From Hamiltosporidium tvaerminnensis FI-OER-3-3 (taxonomy: Eukaryota > Fungi > Microsporidia): 64,000 bases of DNA. The stretch's first letter is position 1; the number at the start of each line of letters is the position of its first letter. The stretch covers positions 1-64,000 of the forward strand of contig JAKIMF020000001.1 in NCBI GenBank assembly GCA_022605425.2, given 5' to 3'. Below the pieces are notes generated by a model, which ran no database searches, had not been told where the DNA came from, and worked only from the letters and a program-made list of their open reading frames with translations. Positions 14,201 to 26,499 of this stretch are shown one piece after another. A program made the translations under genes and the position numbers.

Positions 14201-14500
14201 TAAACTTTCATTAGGATTCGTTCGGAAGGTGATGCCTCCACTTGTTTGACAATACTCAGTGTGAGTATTGTAATGGTATGCTTGGGCTGTATTTGTACAG
14301 TTATTTCTTCGCAAGAAAAAATATCTTCCTTGATATCTTTCGATGCCTTTTTGCTCCCATACTAATATCAGTAAAGAGAAATATAAATTCTAATACTTTT
14401 TATGGCATATCTCATCAGTCTTTGATTCTAAAAATTGCTGACCATAAGACAGTCTGGAAACTGATTGAAAAGAAGGCAAATTTGCTCATATAAAAGCTTA
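11280..14500 (-). mobile_element. Probable highly decayed Ty3/Gypsy LTR retrotransposon relic
   Basis: Minus-strand remnants in Gypsy order: RNase H-like EKEVL (~13930) and LLALSEF..HI (~13830), an integrase-like stretch (~12880), and a polypurine tract GGGGGGAGGA at ~11479-11488 followed by a more GC-rich putative LTR (11280-11478). Motifs are broken and judged by eye. Confidence 0.35.
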
Positions 14501-15539
14501 AGGTTCGTGTAAATGGGTATTACAGAGGCTAGACGCGGATAAAAGCAACCGTTTGTGTTGTTTTTCAATATTTAGATGTTAGATTATTTTCTGTATATGA
14601 ATTCCGTTTGATTCAGTTGACGAATTTTTGGCTATATTTTGTTTTGAATTACTTTCTGCCGCATTATTTTTTTCTCTTTCATGTGATAATATTACTTCTA
14701 TAATATTTTGATTGGATGATTCTGGTAGTGTAGGTTTAAATGAAATTTTTTTTCGCCAAACTATAATAATCGAAACCTTTGATTGTAACACCGTGCTCTA
14801 AATTTTCATGTTCCAAACATTCATAATCTGATCTCTTAACTTTTTTTAGATTGGAGATAGTTTGCCAGCGAAAAAATAAGTAGGAATAAAAATAAACGAA
14901 AAAAAATCTGCTTGGTAAATATTTTTAGCTTCTAATATTTTTAATTAAAAAAGGTGTCTTTAATACTTGATATATATAATATTTGAGCTTTTTGAATTCG
15001 TATAATTAGATAATATCAGTGGATAAGAATTCATTTGATTTTCATTTTTTAAATTTTTCGCTCATGATTTGTTTTTTGAGTCATTTTTTGCTTTAAATTT
15101 GTTTGAAACACATGGCTCAAAGTCGAAGTCCTCTATATCTCAAAAATATATGCTATTTCTTATAATTTTTTAATGTATATACAACCTTTATATTTTGATA
15201 TTCGTTTTACTGCAATGTCCTTATGATCTATTCATTTACCATTTTTTCTATACATATATTGGTATTACAATCCTTTACAATATTTCACTTCATAACATCT
15301 TAATAATCTTTTTAGCAAAAATAAATTAGGATGTGTTAAATATAAACCGCAATCTAATTAAATCCATCTTTTCATTCTGTTTTGACTTTGTTTCCTTCTG
15401 CACTGCGGAAAAAAAATGTTATAAGTTCAATAGGCTCGCAATGATTCCTGCACAATGTAGTAGTTATTTTTAGCTTCTGCACCTTCTTTCATTTTTTTTC
15501 AATTTTCATTTTTATTGACTTAAAAATATATTTATACTA

Positions 15540-16265
15540 ACTACAATGAGAGAAAGTGGCTTTTATAATAAAAAAAAAAACTATCTGTTCTGTAATACAT
15601 AACTAAATTGAAGCATGAAATCATTTTTAAATTTTTGGTGGAAATAAAAACACACTACATCTTCGGTTGTTCCATGAGATTCGTATGAAGAGGAGTCTAC
15701 GAAATAGCGAAACTTTTTCAAAAAAAAATTTTTGTAGTTTTTTATGCAACTGTATCAAAGACTGGTGCTTAAATTGTAAGTTATTATTTATTAGAAGCAT
15801 GTTAATATAGCCTTTCTCACTCAAGTCAGAAGACCAAGCGCCCGGAAGCATGGAAAATAATACAATCATAATATGTAAAAGCTAAGTAGCAGGCAATACA
15901 TGTCGGCATGACATTGCACCCTCTAGATAAACCCCATGTAAGTCTCCGAGCTATAACGCGACTAAAAGTTTATTTGGTTCGGTAAGTATAGAGCAAGTGG
16001 AAACGCTGCATAGTTTCGAGGAAGTCTATGTGTGTTTGAGCCTTCGATCATACTCTATGCGTCAGACATTAATGAAGTCCTGGCAACTCCATCACCTATT
16101 AATTGTGTTCTACCTAAATTTTAGATGAAAGTCTTTCTGATGTAGGTTTCTTGGTTTAATGAAGTGTTGTGGTAGCAATTGTTTTTTAAACTAGAACTGC
16201 ATTCATGTCATGAAAAAAAATATAATAATTGCCATCATTTTGAAAAAAAATGTGATATTTTTAAA
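15540..16265 (+). repeat. ~720-bp dispersed non-coding repeat family, copy A
   Basis: Shares blocks tttttggtggaaataaaa-cacactacatcttc, gacattaa, tagatgaaag and the terminal atgtgata with copies B-F. Confidence 0.9.
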
Positions 16266-17821
16266 TAAAGATTATAACAACTGGTTTGGTTTGTAAAAAA
16301 ACAGCTAATTTGCGATAGGTTTCTATCACTGTCTAAGAATTTAATTTTTTTTTATTTGTTAAAAATATTTCATTGCTTATTTTTAATTATTTATTTTTGT
16401 TTTTGAAACACTTTAAGATTAAATTTTTTTCCTTCTCATCTTTTAGGTTATATTATTAAGATTCAAAGTTTTCTTTTATTTCATTTCACAGAATCTATCA
16501 TTCTGATATTTTATTGAAAAATGGGGTTGATTTTAATCCACTTGCCTGTAAATGCTTTAATTGATTTATCATTTAAACTAACTTTAAGCTCGCGAAACGA
16601 AATTTTATCAAATTTAGCAACCTACATATAAAAAATGTTCAATATAATCTTACTCTTCATTATCGAGCCATATTTCTTTATTTTTGACTAAGAATTTATA
16701 TTTTGGCTGATCTTTTCTCTTGTATTTTCTTGGCCTTATATATCCAAACCATTAGCCTGTCTTGTGAAATTTCTCAATAAAAATATAGTTTCTTGTTTGC
16801 AATGCGTATTTCTCATCTTCTTTTTTGTTTAATTTACATTTTTCAGAGCTCAGCTTCGCATTTGCATTAGATCTGTTTAGTTTATTATTTATTTATATTT
16901 CATCTTGTTTTCTTTGGGAAAGAAATCTATTCACGCGGAGCGTTTTCTTTGTATAAAAATAGTATTTATTTCAACGATATGCTGTACTAGTTACTTTTTA
17001 TATTTTATAAATTCATAGTCATTTTTATTGGAAATCTTTTAATTTATGTGATATAAATTACATTAGACTATTCAAGTAATAGTTTTTTTATGCGCTTAGT
17101 ATTGAGAGTATAAAAATATTGCACAGAAGAAAGACAAGAAAAATAATCTTTGAATATAATCGAGTATGTTACCCCAGATTTTTTTAGATTAAAATATCCG
17201 AACAAATCTGTTTAAAGTACTTTTTTTAAAACGAAAGCTTTACCAAAAATGAAGAAAATATATTTATTATAGTATTCTTATTATATATTATTGTCTAAAA
17301 AAATTTTAGCATACTTTTTGCGAAGATTTTTTTAGACCAATTAAAGGTTTTTAAGTGTTTCACGTTCTACTTCTGCTCAATATTGTTGGTTTTGTAAAAT
17401 TTATCAACGAATTATACAAGCCATATTCTTAAACGGTGCGACGTTATTGGTTCATTAATTTTTTTGAACCAATTAAACTATCGAGGCATTTCTTAGTCTT
17501 CTTCTAACATATTACTCGATTATATAAAGGATGTGTATACAAGTAAACGCACATTTCTGCTTTTTATACAATATTCTTTATTTGGAAAATTTTAAAATGA
17601 TTTAATTTACTGTTTAAAATATTAATTTTTTATTACAAAATTAAAAATAAAATTCTGATCTGATTATATTGATCAAAATCATATGTTTATATAATTTTGC
17701 TACAAATACCAATTAAATAATGTTAATTTATCAAAAAGTCAGAATTATTTTGTCAAATTATCACAGAGAAAATAATTTATCCCTTTTTAATCAAAATTTA
17801 TTGAACTTTTATAAAAAAAAA

Positions 17822-19522
17822 ATGATACTTTTTATGTTCTTTCATATTATTCTTTGCTTAGGAGCCGGTCTACGAAAAAGTAACACTAAGATTAAATTGG
17901 AGGATCCAACAACAGCAGGAAAAATGCATTTAGGAAGCTTTTATGACATCATTGCTGTTAATACCGAACTTAAAAAATCTATAGACAACATTATGAATAA
18001 CATTGAATGCGATAAAAAGGATCAGATAATTAAAACTGCAATTTTTTATGCTACAGAAATACATAAATATACCGACAAGAAATTTCATGAATTCTTAACA
18101 TATTTTACAACTTTTATTTGTTCGATTATTTACAATTATTGCAACGAAGAAGACTTTAAAACATATCAACCAGAACTCGTTTTTAATCTGATTTGCTTTG
18201 GAAGATTTTTTGAGATATGTAAAACAGATTAAGATACTAAAGAGAGAGTTACAAAAGGTTTTCGTGAATTTTTTGTAACAAATCTAAATCCTTTGACCCG
18301 CAAAAAATGTTCTCAAAGTGGACTCTTTCTTGATAATATACTTTCTGCTATATCTGCTAGCTTTAACAAGGAAGATAAAGAGGATTTAAATGTCTTACAA
18401 AATTCGAAAATAAAATTCAAAAAAGGTGCAAAATCATCTCCTCTATGCGATCTCTTATCAAATGCAACATTTGAACAATTTTTCGGATTTTTTCATACTT
18501 TAAATGGAAATATTATTTTAAAAAAGTTTGCTCTACTGTTAAATCAGACCGCAAATCCAATTTACTACTATTAAACGCAAACAATGATACCTATTTGAAG
18601 ATATAATTTTCGCATTTACCACTTTAAGTGAAAGAATGCTAAATTCAATGATGAACAGTATAAAAAGCTATTAGAATTTATTTCTATGCCATTCATCGAA
18701 AAAGTTTTAAAAAATCAAAGCGGATTTGATGAAATAGTAGAATTTTCCAATGATATGAGTACTTTTCAAAATAAACCAGAAAATCCCGGCTTTCCCCGCG
18801 TTTTCATAAAAATATTGTGCAATGAAGATCATGTGAATAATGTAAAAACTTTATATGATTTTTTGAAAGAAATAACAAAAGTTGAATATCATAAATATAT
18901 TTCTGCTGTATTAATTTAATGGCTTTGTGTCTCAGGAAAGAAATGTTAAACAAAAATAGTATTCCAAGGATCATTATTGAATTTTTATTCCTTGCAGCTG
19001 TTTTAAAAAAAGAATTTGAAACAGATGAAAATGTAAAAAATATAAAAATATATAGAAAAAAATGTGTTGTCGAATTAAAGAAAAAAGTTAACATTCAAAA
19101 TATAAAATATGTTGATAACACGAACGGTGATTATTTGAATCGTAATAAAGTACCTGAAACGTCACTTTTATTAGAAATTTATTGTTTTCTTAAATTGTTT
19201 TCAAATGATAGTTTTAAAACGTACTTAGACAAGCAAATAAACCAAAAACCGAATGTCGAAGTCGATGCTATTAACATAGATAAAGATGTGAATTTGCTAG
19301 ATTATCTTAAATATGTTTTTCAGAATGAAATTTTTGTGCTAAGTTTGGAAGAAATAAAATTGGTCTTCGGCACACCTGTATCAGAAGGCACTGAACCTAA
19401 ACCAGAATCAAAAAATTCGAATATATCTTATTTACACAGTTTATTATTTAAATATTATTGCCTACCTGGTTGTTAGCGTAGGTTTTGTGGTTTTTTTCTG
19501 GTATGTCTACAAAGTAAAATAA
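17822..19522 (+). pseudogene. Fragmented gene for a lineage-specific type-I membrane/surface protein
   Basis: Signal-peptide-like start MILFMFFHIILCLGAG at 17822, an in-frame TAA at 18230, further stops and frameshifts at ~18570-18660 and ~18915, and a C-terminal TM IIAYLVVSVGFVVFFWYVYKVK* in a shifted frame ending 19522. Joins four same-strand ORF fragments. Confidence 0.7.
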
Positions 19523-19741
19523 AATGCTGATTTTGATTTATTCTTTAACTATTTAATATTTATATACTGATTTTATTGACAATTTAAAAACACGTTATAT
19601 TTTGTAAATTGATTTTCCTTGAATTTTTCTAACAGCTTCTTCATAGTTCCTCAAATTAAAAATAAATCTTTTTTTAAAAAAATTCTTGGATTCTTAATCA
19701 AATGTTAAGATTTTTAAGATTAAATTTTTTTTACTTTATTT

Positions 19742-20462
19742 AAAAGTATCACATATTTTTGCATAGTGGCAAGTGTTATATTTATTTGCATGACATTAAC
19801 GCAGTTCTAGGTTTAACATAAATGACTGCAAACCAACACTCCATCAGTACCCCCTGCGATACCTACATCTCAAAACCTTTCATCTACCAGGTCTGTAAAA
19901 CCTAATTTATAGGCGAGGCAATAGCCCGGATTTCGTTAATGTCCGTTGCATGGAGTGTGATCGAAGGCCGAAGCCCCCTGGGCTCCCCCAATACTATGCG
20001 GAATTCCTACTAACTGTACACTTTCTGAACCCAATAAACTTCTAGCCAAGATATATTTTAGAGACTTACATGGGGTCCACCTAGATTGTGCAATGTCATA
20101 CCAACAGGTATAACCTACTATTTAGCTCTTCCGGCTTTTAATGGTTTTTATTTCTATAACTCCCAGGCGCTAAGTCTTCTAACTCGAGTGAGCAAGGCTG
20201 GGCCCGCATGCTTTTACATAGGAATTACCTACATTTTCAGCTGCGATCTGCAATTCAGTTACATAAAAAACTACAAATATATTTGAGGAAAAAGTTTAGC
20301 CATTTCATAGACCTCTTCATATCATAAAAACAACCATAAACAACTGAAGATGTAGTGTGGTTTTATTTCCACCAAAAATTCACACATTAATCCTCACACC
20401 AGTTTTATACACTCATTGCCAAGCAGAAAGTTTTTTATGTGGTTATCCTCAATCCACTACTG
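19742..20462 (-). repeat. ~720-bp dispersed non-coding repeat family, copy B (best-preserved internal pairing)
   Basis: Reverse complement aligns along its length with copy C (23140-23870). GC-richer than its flanks. Confidence 0.92.
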
Positions 20463-21153
20463 TACAAATAAGTAATAATATTTATAATAAATTAAGAAGA
20501 ATAATTAAATCAAAATAAAACTGAAACCAATCGCAAATTAGAAAATAAAAATATGAAGTAACATTTAAATAAACAAAAAAACGATTAATATAAATGATGC
20601 TATAACATATAAATATGGTTATAGAGGAGATTTTTATTTCTTCGCAAATTTATAAAGCTTTAAATCCCATTCTTTCCAAAATTCATTTTTTTATTATTTA
20701 ATAAACATAAATATTTTTTAAAACATTTAAATGTCTGCAAGTACATCTTATAAATGCAATAATTCAATCTTAAATAGCTAAAACTTTCAAGGTTAAAATT
20801 TTAGAATTTTTTGATTTCATTTTGACGTTTTTTTTAAAAAAAATTGTGATTAATTTGCTTAATATAGTAATGATCCATCTAAATCAAATTTAATTTATTT
20901 AATTAAATTTGGAATGTCTGCAACATATTTTTTCGGTTGATTCTATTGAGCTAAGATATTTATAAATATTTAAATATTTTATACATTGATACGTGTCATT
21001 CAAATTTTGCATATTTCTTTTCTAACCTTGTATAAGAAAAAATATTTCGATTTAATTAGTTAAATAAATTTCGAAACAGAAAAAAGTGATTTGATTGAAG
21101 TGACATAATTTTTTTTAAAAAAAAGTATAAAAGGTAAATATATCAAAAGCCCT

Positions 21154-22960
21154 ATGTTTTTGTATCGTTTAATTTTCGCTTTATATAATTCGGAAACTAT
21201 TTTAATCAGTTGTGGTAGAGCAAAAAGTAATATTGATCCTTCAGTTAGCCTAAACGATATTACAAATTTTTTGAATGAATTGGTAAAAAAACGCTCAGGA
21301 ATATAGAACTGAGGAAAATATTAATGAAGATTTGGTTATTAAAGATTACATAAAAGAAACGTCATTTGGTGTAAGAAATTGGGATGAATTTATGTTTGAA
21401 TCAAATTCATTCTTTTATATGGTTTGTGTTGAAGCAAAGCACATGTATAATAATCGCGCAAAAATAGATACAAGAGTATTTAGATCTCTAAAATACGCAT
21501 ATGATTATATGCATGTCAATCAAGATTCAAACAATTTCTTTCTCGATACTGTTTAGAATTGATAGGCTCGAATATCGCTAAAATTTTTGGTTGTAATTTC
21601 GAAAATTACAAAGGATTTAACGATGATCTAAAAATCTATTTTTGCAAGAGTAAACACCAAATAAATATTCAGGAAAAAATACATTTTTTCTTAAAAGAAT
21701 TGGATGAGTGGAAGATAAGAAGCAGATATAGAATTCTATTTATTTCTGATCATATTTTAAAAGAAAGTAAATTTTTGTATTTGGAGCAACCTATGATGAA
21801 TTTTTTTCAAACAGAACTTTTTTTTAAAAACAACTTTTTATATTTGTAAAGTATAAAGAAAATAAAACAAATATGAAAAGATTTTGTTGTATTTCTTTTA
21901 GCTTGAAATCATCTTCCAAGGCAGTAAAAAAAACAGCAAAGTCTGTTAAAAGTTCCGATAATCAAGATAATTTACTATTTGTAGGGGAAAATGATAATAT
22001 TAGGATTATATTTCAACATTTTGATAATAAAAAAAGTGAATCAAAAATTCATTCTCAATCAGCGGATTTTTGTGTATATGAATTGGAAATAACTGATGTG
22101 GTATTTTGTAATTCCATAAAATTTTATTTTTTGTTTGGTAATGACAAAGAAAAATATCTGAAATATATAACCTCTCCTGAATGTAACTTGATAGATAATT
22201 ATGATATATTTTATTACGAGGCCAATGAATTTGCAGTAAAAAATTTTAAAGAAAATATTAAAATCATTTTTGGAAACAATTTGTTCGATTTTTGTGAGAA
22301 TTGCATCAACCTTCTAAAATTTTGTGAATCTAAAGTTATGTTTTCACATAAAAGATCAATTTTGATGAAAAGTTTTCCGACATTTGGAATGGATTCATAT
22401 AAACCTACGAAAAAATAGAATCTTTTTTAAAAAAGTTGCAGAAATATTTTCATACTCAAGATATTTCATTTATAAAGGAATTTAAGTTCTATCATTCAGA
22501 TCACTCAAAATTTGTCAAAAAAATAACAAAGGATGCTTTCATTAATTCAGATGCTTCTTATGATGCTTTGGATAGCCAAAAATCATATTATTCTGAAGGT
22601 TTTTATCCTAATTTTGCAATTCATATAACCAATTTGGGAAAATATGATGAAGAATCAGTCACCAAAAAAGTTTTTTTTCAAGATTTTTTACCTAATCAAA
22701 AAATTGGAATTTCTTTAAAATTTAACAAGAAAAAAACATTTTTGTTCCATGTAAACCTCGTATTTGTATTCAAAGTCGAAGAAAATGAATTAAAATTGTT
22801 TGTTTTTTCGGAAAATATTGATTCATTTGGAATCATCGATAAAAACATAGGTGTTTTTAATGAAAATTGGTATAAAAAAATAACCATTTCTATCCTTAGT
22901 TTTTAATTTTTGCGTTTTTTTTCTTATTTATTTTAAAAGGGATGTTTTTATTTTTTTATT
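21154..22960 (+). pseudogene. Frameshifted gene for a lineage-specific secreted/membrane-anchored protein
   Basis: CCC-preceded ATG at 21154 (gccctATG) with a hydrophobic N-terminus MFLYRLIFALYNSETIL. Five consecutive same-strand fragments are joined by 1-bp shifts, mostly at A/T homopolymers. Hydrophobic C-terminal tail near 22880-22950. Confidence 0.65.
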
Positions 22961-23139
22961 TTTTTATGCAGATTTTCTACATTATTAATACATTTTTTAT
23001 AATTAAATCTTCAATCAATTTAAAGGCCTTTCATATGAAATTAAAAAAAAGTCTAATAAAGCTTTTTTTGTGTTTCATAAATTTCTCCCTCCATAATTAA
23101 TCTTCTTTAATATTTTAAATATATTATCTTTATTTTGTC

Positions 23140-23870
23140 TTATTGAGAGAAGATAACAAGATTGAAAAACTTTCTGCTTGGCAATGCGTGTGTGAAACGG
23201 GTGTGAGGATCATTGTTTGGATTTTTGGTAGAAATAAAGCCACACTACATCATCAGTTGTTCCATGAAAGTTGTTTTGAGGAGAAGGGGTCTATGAAATG
23301 GAGAAACTTTTTCTACAAATTTATTTGTAGTTTTTTATGCAACCAGATTGCAGTTCACAGCTTAACATGTAGGCAATTGCTATGTAAAAGCATAGAAACC
23401 TAGCTTTGCTCACTCGGGTCAGAAGAATTAGCGCCTGGGAGATATAAAAAATAAAACCCATTAAAAGCCAGGAGAGCTAAATTGCAGGTTATATCTGTTG
23501 GTATGACATTCCACTGTCTAGTTGGGCCTCATGTAAATCTCTGAAATATATCTTAGCTAGAAGTCTATTAGGTTCAGAAAGTGTAGAGTAAGTGGGTATG
23601 CTACTAAGTCTTAAGGAGGGGGGTCAAGATGCGCTTCGGGCTTCTGATCAGACACATGCAACGGACATTAACGAACTCCAGGCAACTGCCTTGCATATTA
23701 ATTATTTCTACACATCTGTTAGATGAAAGGCTTCGGGACATAGGTATCGTAGGGGGTACTGATGGTGTGTTTAAATAACATTTAGTTATGTTAAACCTCT
23801 AATTGAGTTAATGCTATCAAAACAAATATAACACTTGCCACTGTTTTAAAAGGATGTGATACTTTGAAAA
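23140..23870 (+). repeat. ~720-bp dispersed non-coding repeat family, copy C
   Basis: Aligns with copies A, B and D over its full length. Contains gcttcgggc, gcaacggacattaacg and tataacacttgcca. Confidence 0.92.
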
Positions 23871-24639
23871 AAATTGATATAACTTTAAATTCTTTTTTCA
23901 AATTACTCAAAAAAAATATTTGAATTTTCAAAAGAATCAATTTAAACTTTTGTAACATCTCAAAATCTCTTAAATATTTCTAAAAAAAATCATTTATATA
24001 ATATTAGATCCTATTCTTATTCATACTTTATATTTGCATTCACATTAATACTTTTTTTAAACCTCTATTCTATAATAATCTCTGATTGAAGAAAAATTTT
24101 AAAGTAAAAAACAATTGCAAAAAAAATGTAAATTTATAATTATCATAAATTATTCTTAAATAAATAGCAATAAATGTTTTCTAATTTATAATATTCTAAT
24201 TTAAAGTATATTGCTTTTATTATTTCTATTTGTAATATTCTTAATTATATTATCCTCACTATAATTATTCTTATTTAATTTTTCTAGGTATTCATTTTTT
24301 TCTTTTATGTCACATATTTTTCTTAATTTTAATTTATCTTTTTATAGAAAAAAAATATTTTTTTAATATGTCAGTTTAATAAATTCTAAGATTTTTAAAT
24401 ATTCTTTATTTTATACAAGTTTATAAGACATTATTAAACTTGTAAGTCATTTTTTATAAATTTCTAGAAATTTCTAACAAATTTTTTATAAAAGATTAAC
24501 TTTATATATTCTCTCCTACCACAACCACCAATCCTCATACAAATTCAATATTAATGGAATACAAATTGGATCAATTTACTAGTTATACTAATTCTTTAAT
24601 ATATTAATCCTCTTTCTAAGTCTCTATTTATAATCCAAT

Positions 24640-24925
24640 TAATATTTTATAAATACCAATAAAACTTTCTTTAAATAGTTTATAAATAAATAAAAATTTC
24701 TCCTACTATTTTATAAATACCAATAAAACTTTCTCTTTCTATTTTATAAATACCAATAAATTTCATTAAATACTTTATAAATACCAATAAAACTTTCTAA
24801 TCTATTTCATAAATACCAATAAAACTTTCTAATCTATTTCATGAGTAACCATAACATCTCTCATTAAATACCAATACATCTCTCATTAAATACTTTATAA
24901 ATACCAATACATCTCTCATTAAATT
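24640..24925 (+). repeat. Tandem array of TTTATAAATACCAATAAAACTTTCT-like units upstream of the BDF1-like gene
   Basis: About seven imperfect units containing ataccaat, ending ~60 bp before the ATG. Confidence 0.8.
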
Positions 24926-24985
24926 ATTAAATTTAATTTTTTAATTCTCCTTTTTTTTATATAAAATATTTTTTCTAACCCCTAC

Positions 24986-26119
24986 ATGATGGTAAATGAA
25001 GATTTTTCGTTAAGTCCACACCAAGACTCTCAACAGGACATTTTAGAATCTCAACTGAAATATTGTAAAGAAATAATTACACGTTTAAAACGGTACAATG
25101 CAGCTCTTCCTTTCTTAGAACCAGTAGATCCAGTAAAATTAAATATCCCAGACTATCCATTGAAAGTAAAACACCCGATGGATCTTTCCACCATAAAAAA
25201 TAAATTGGATGCCCACGAATATTCCACCCCTTCAGAATTTAAATCAGATTTTGATTTAATGATTTCTAATTGTTTTATTTACAATCCTAAAGACACATAT
25301 TATTATAAAATGGGTGTAGAATTAGAAAAGGCATTCAACAATTTTTATGTAAAATTACCAACTCAATCTAAAAAAACCAAAAGAAAAGAAGATTCTTCAC
25401 TTTCTTCAAAAGCTAAGAAAATTGTAAAAACTTCTTTAAAAAAAGAAGATTACGATTTCTGTGATTCGATTTTAAATGAAATTTTAAAATCAAAAAATAA
25501 AAAATTTAATTGGCCATTTCTCAAACCCGTGGATATCAAATTGGTTCCTGATTATTCTAAATTTATAGAAAATCCTACAGATTTATCTACAATTAGAAAT
25601 AAATTAGACAGTAATTATTATGGAAGTGTAGAAGAATTTAGAACAGAATTACAACTTATGATAGACAATTGTCATACTTTCAATTTACCAGATTCTGATA
25701 TTTATTTGTGTGGTACAGAATTACAAAATTTGTTAAATTCTTTATTTGAAAGAACAGAACCGACAGTTTTTAAAGAAAAAGATATTTTTATAAAAATTAG
25801 TGAACTTAAGAAAAAGAAAGCAGCAATTGAAAGAGAAATAGAAGTATTAGAAAGTAAACTGAGTGGTAAGAAGGAAATCAAAACGTATAGTTTTGCAGAA
25901 AGAATAGATTTAGGAAATACACTTATGAGATTAAATGAAGATAAAATGACACAAGTTGCTATGCTAATTAAAAAATCGATGCCAGAATTTGATATTTTAA
26001 ATAAAGACGAAGTAGAAATTGATATGCGTGTTTTACCGGACAATGTTGTTGGTGAGATTGATGGGTATTTAAGAGATGTGACAGATGATGGAATTATCAG
26101 TGATTCTAGCAGTGAATAA
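24986..26119 (+). CDS. BDF1: BET-family double bromodomain protein with C-terminal ET domain
   Basis: Two bromodomains (PFLEPVDP..IPDY...VKHPMDLSTIK..L..NCFIYN; WPFLKPVD..VPDY...PTDLSTIR..NCHTFN), a coiled coil, and an ET domain (ERIDLG...EVEIDMRVLP). Upstream aacccctacATG. Confidence 0.93.
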   Translation: MMVNEDFSLSPHQDSQQDILESQLKYCKEIITRLKRYNAALPFLEPVDPVKLNIPDYPLKVKHPMDLSTIKNKLDAHEYSTPSEFKSDFDLMISNCFIYNPKDTYYYKMGVELEKAFNNFYVKLPTQSKKTKRKEDSSLSSKAKKIVKTSLKKEDYDFCDSILNEILKSKNKKFNWPFLKPVDIKLVPDYSKFIENPTDLSTIRNKLDSNYYGSVEEFRTELQLMIDNCHTFNLPDSDIYLCGTELQNLLNSLFERTEPTVFKEKDIFIKISELKKKKAAIEREIEVLESKLSGKKEIKTYSFAERIDLGNTLMRLNEDKMTQVAMLIKKSMPEFDILNKDEVEIDMRVLPDNVVGEIDGYLRDVTDDGIISDSSSE

Positions 26120-26269
26120 AATAGTAATTTTTAGTTTTTTTAATATTTTATTTTATTACTTGGGGTTTGTATTTATTTTTGGTTTTTTAAAATTTTAATT
26201 TATTTTTTATTTCTTTTTTTTCTTCTCTATTCCTTGTTTATATTTAAATATTTTTTAATTTCTTACTTC

Positions 26270-26421
26270 TCATACACATTCTATCTCACATCCTCACATC
26301 CTTACTAACATTCTATCTCCCATCCTTACTAACATCCTTACATCCCATATCCTCACTCATCCCATATCCTCACTCATCTCACATCCCATCTCACATCCTC
26401 ACTCATCCCATCTCACATCCT
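26270..26421 (+). repeat. C/A/T low-complexity microsatellite (catcctcact/cccatctca units) upstream of the NUP42-like gene
   Basis: G-free run of repeated catcc, ctcac and tctca units. Confidence 0.8.
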
Positions 26422-26499
26422 CTGAATTCCCCCTGATATTCCTCTACCCCTATTTTTTTATACCATTAAATATCATTTTGTTAACCCTTTTAATTGTTT

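Noticed and set aside
23143-23403. Short ORFs within the 720-bp repeats (15627, 20086, 23143, 33233, 36263)
   Set aside because: Frames, strands and stops differ between copies, so there is no conserved protein.
23755-23800. Hammerhead ribozyme core in the 720-bp element (ctgatgg)
   Set aside because: No CUGANGA match and no correctly placed GAAA and stem III.
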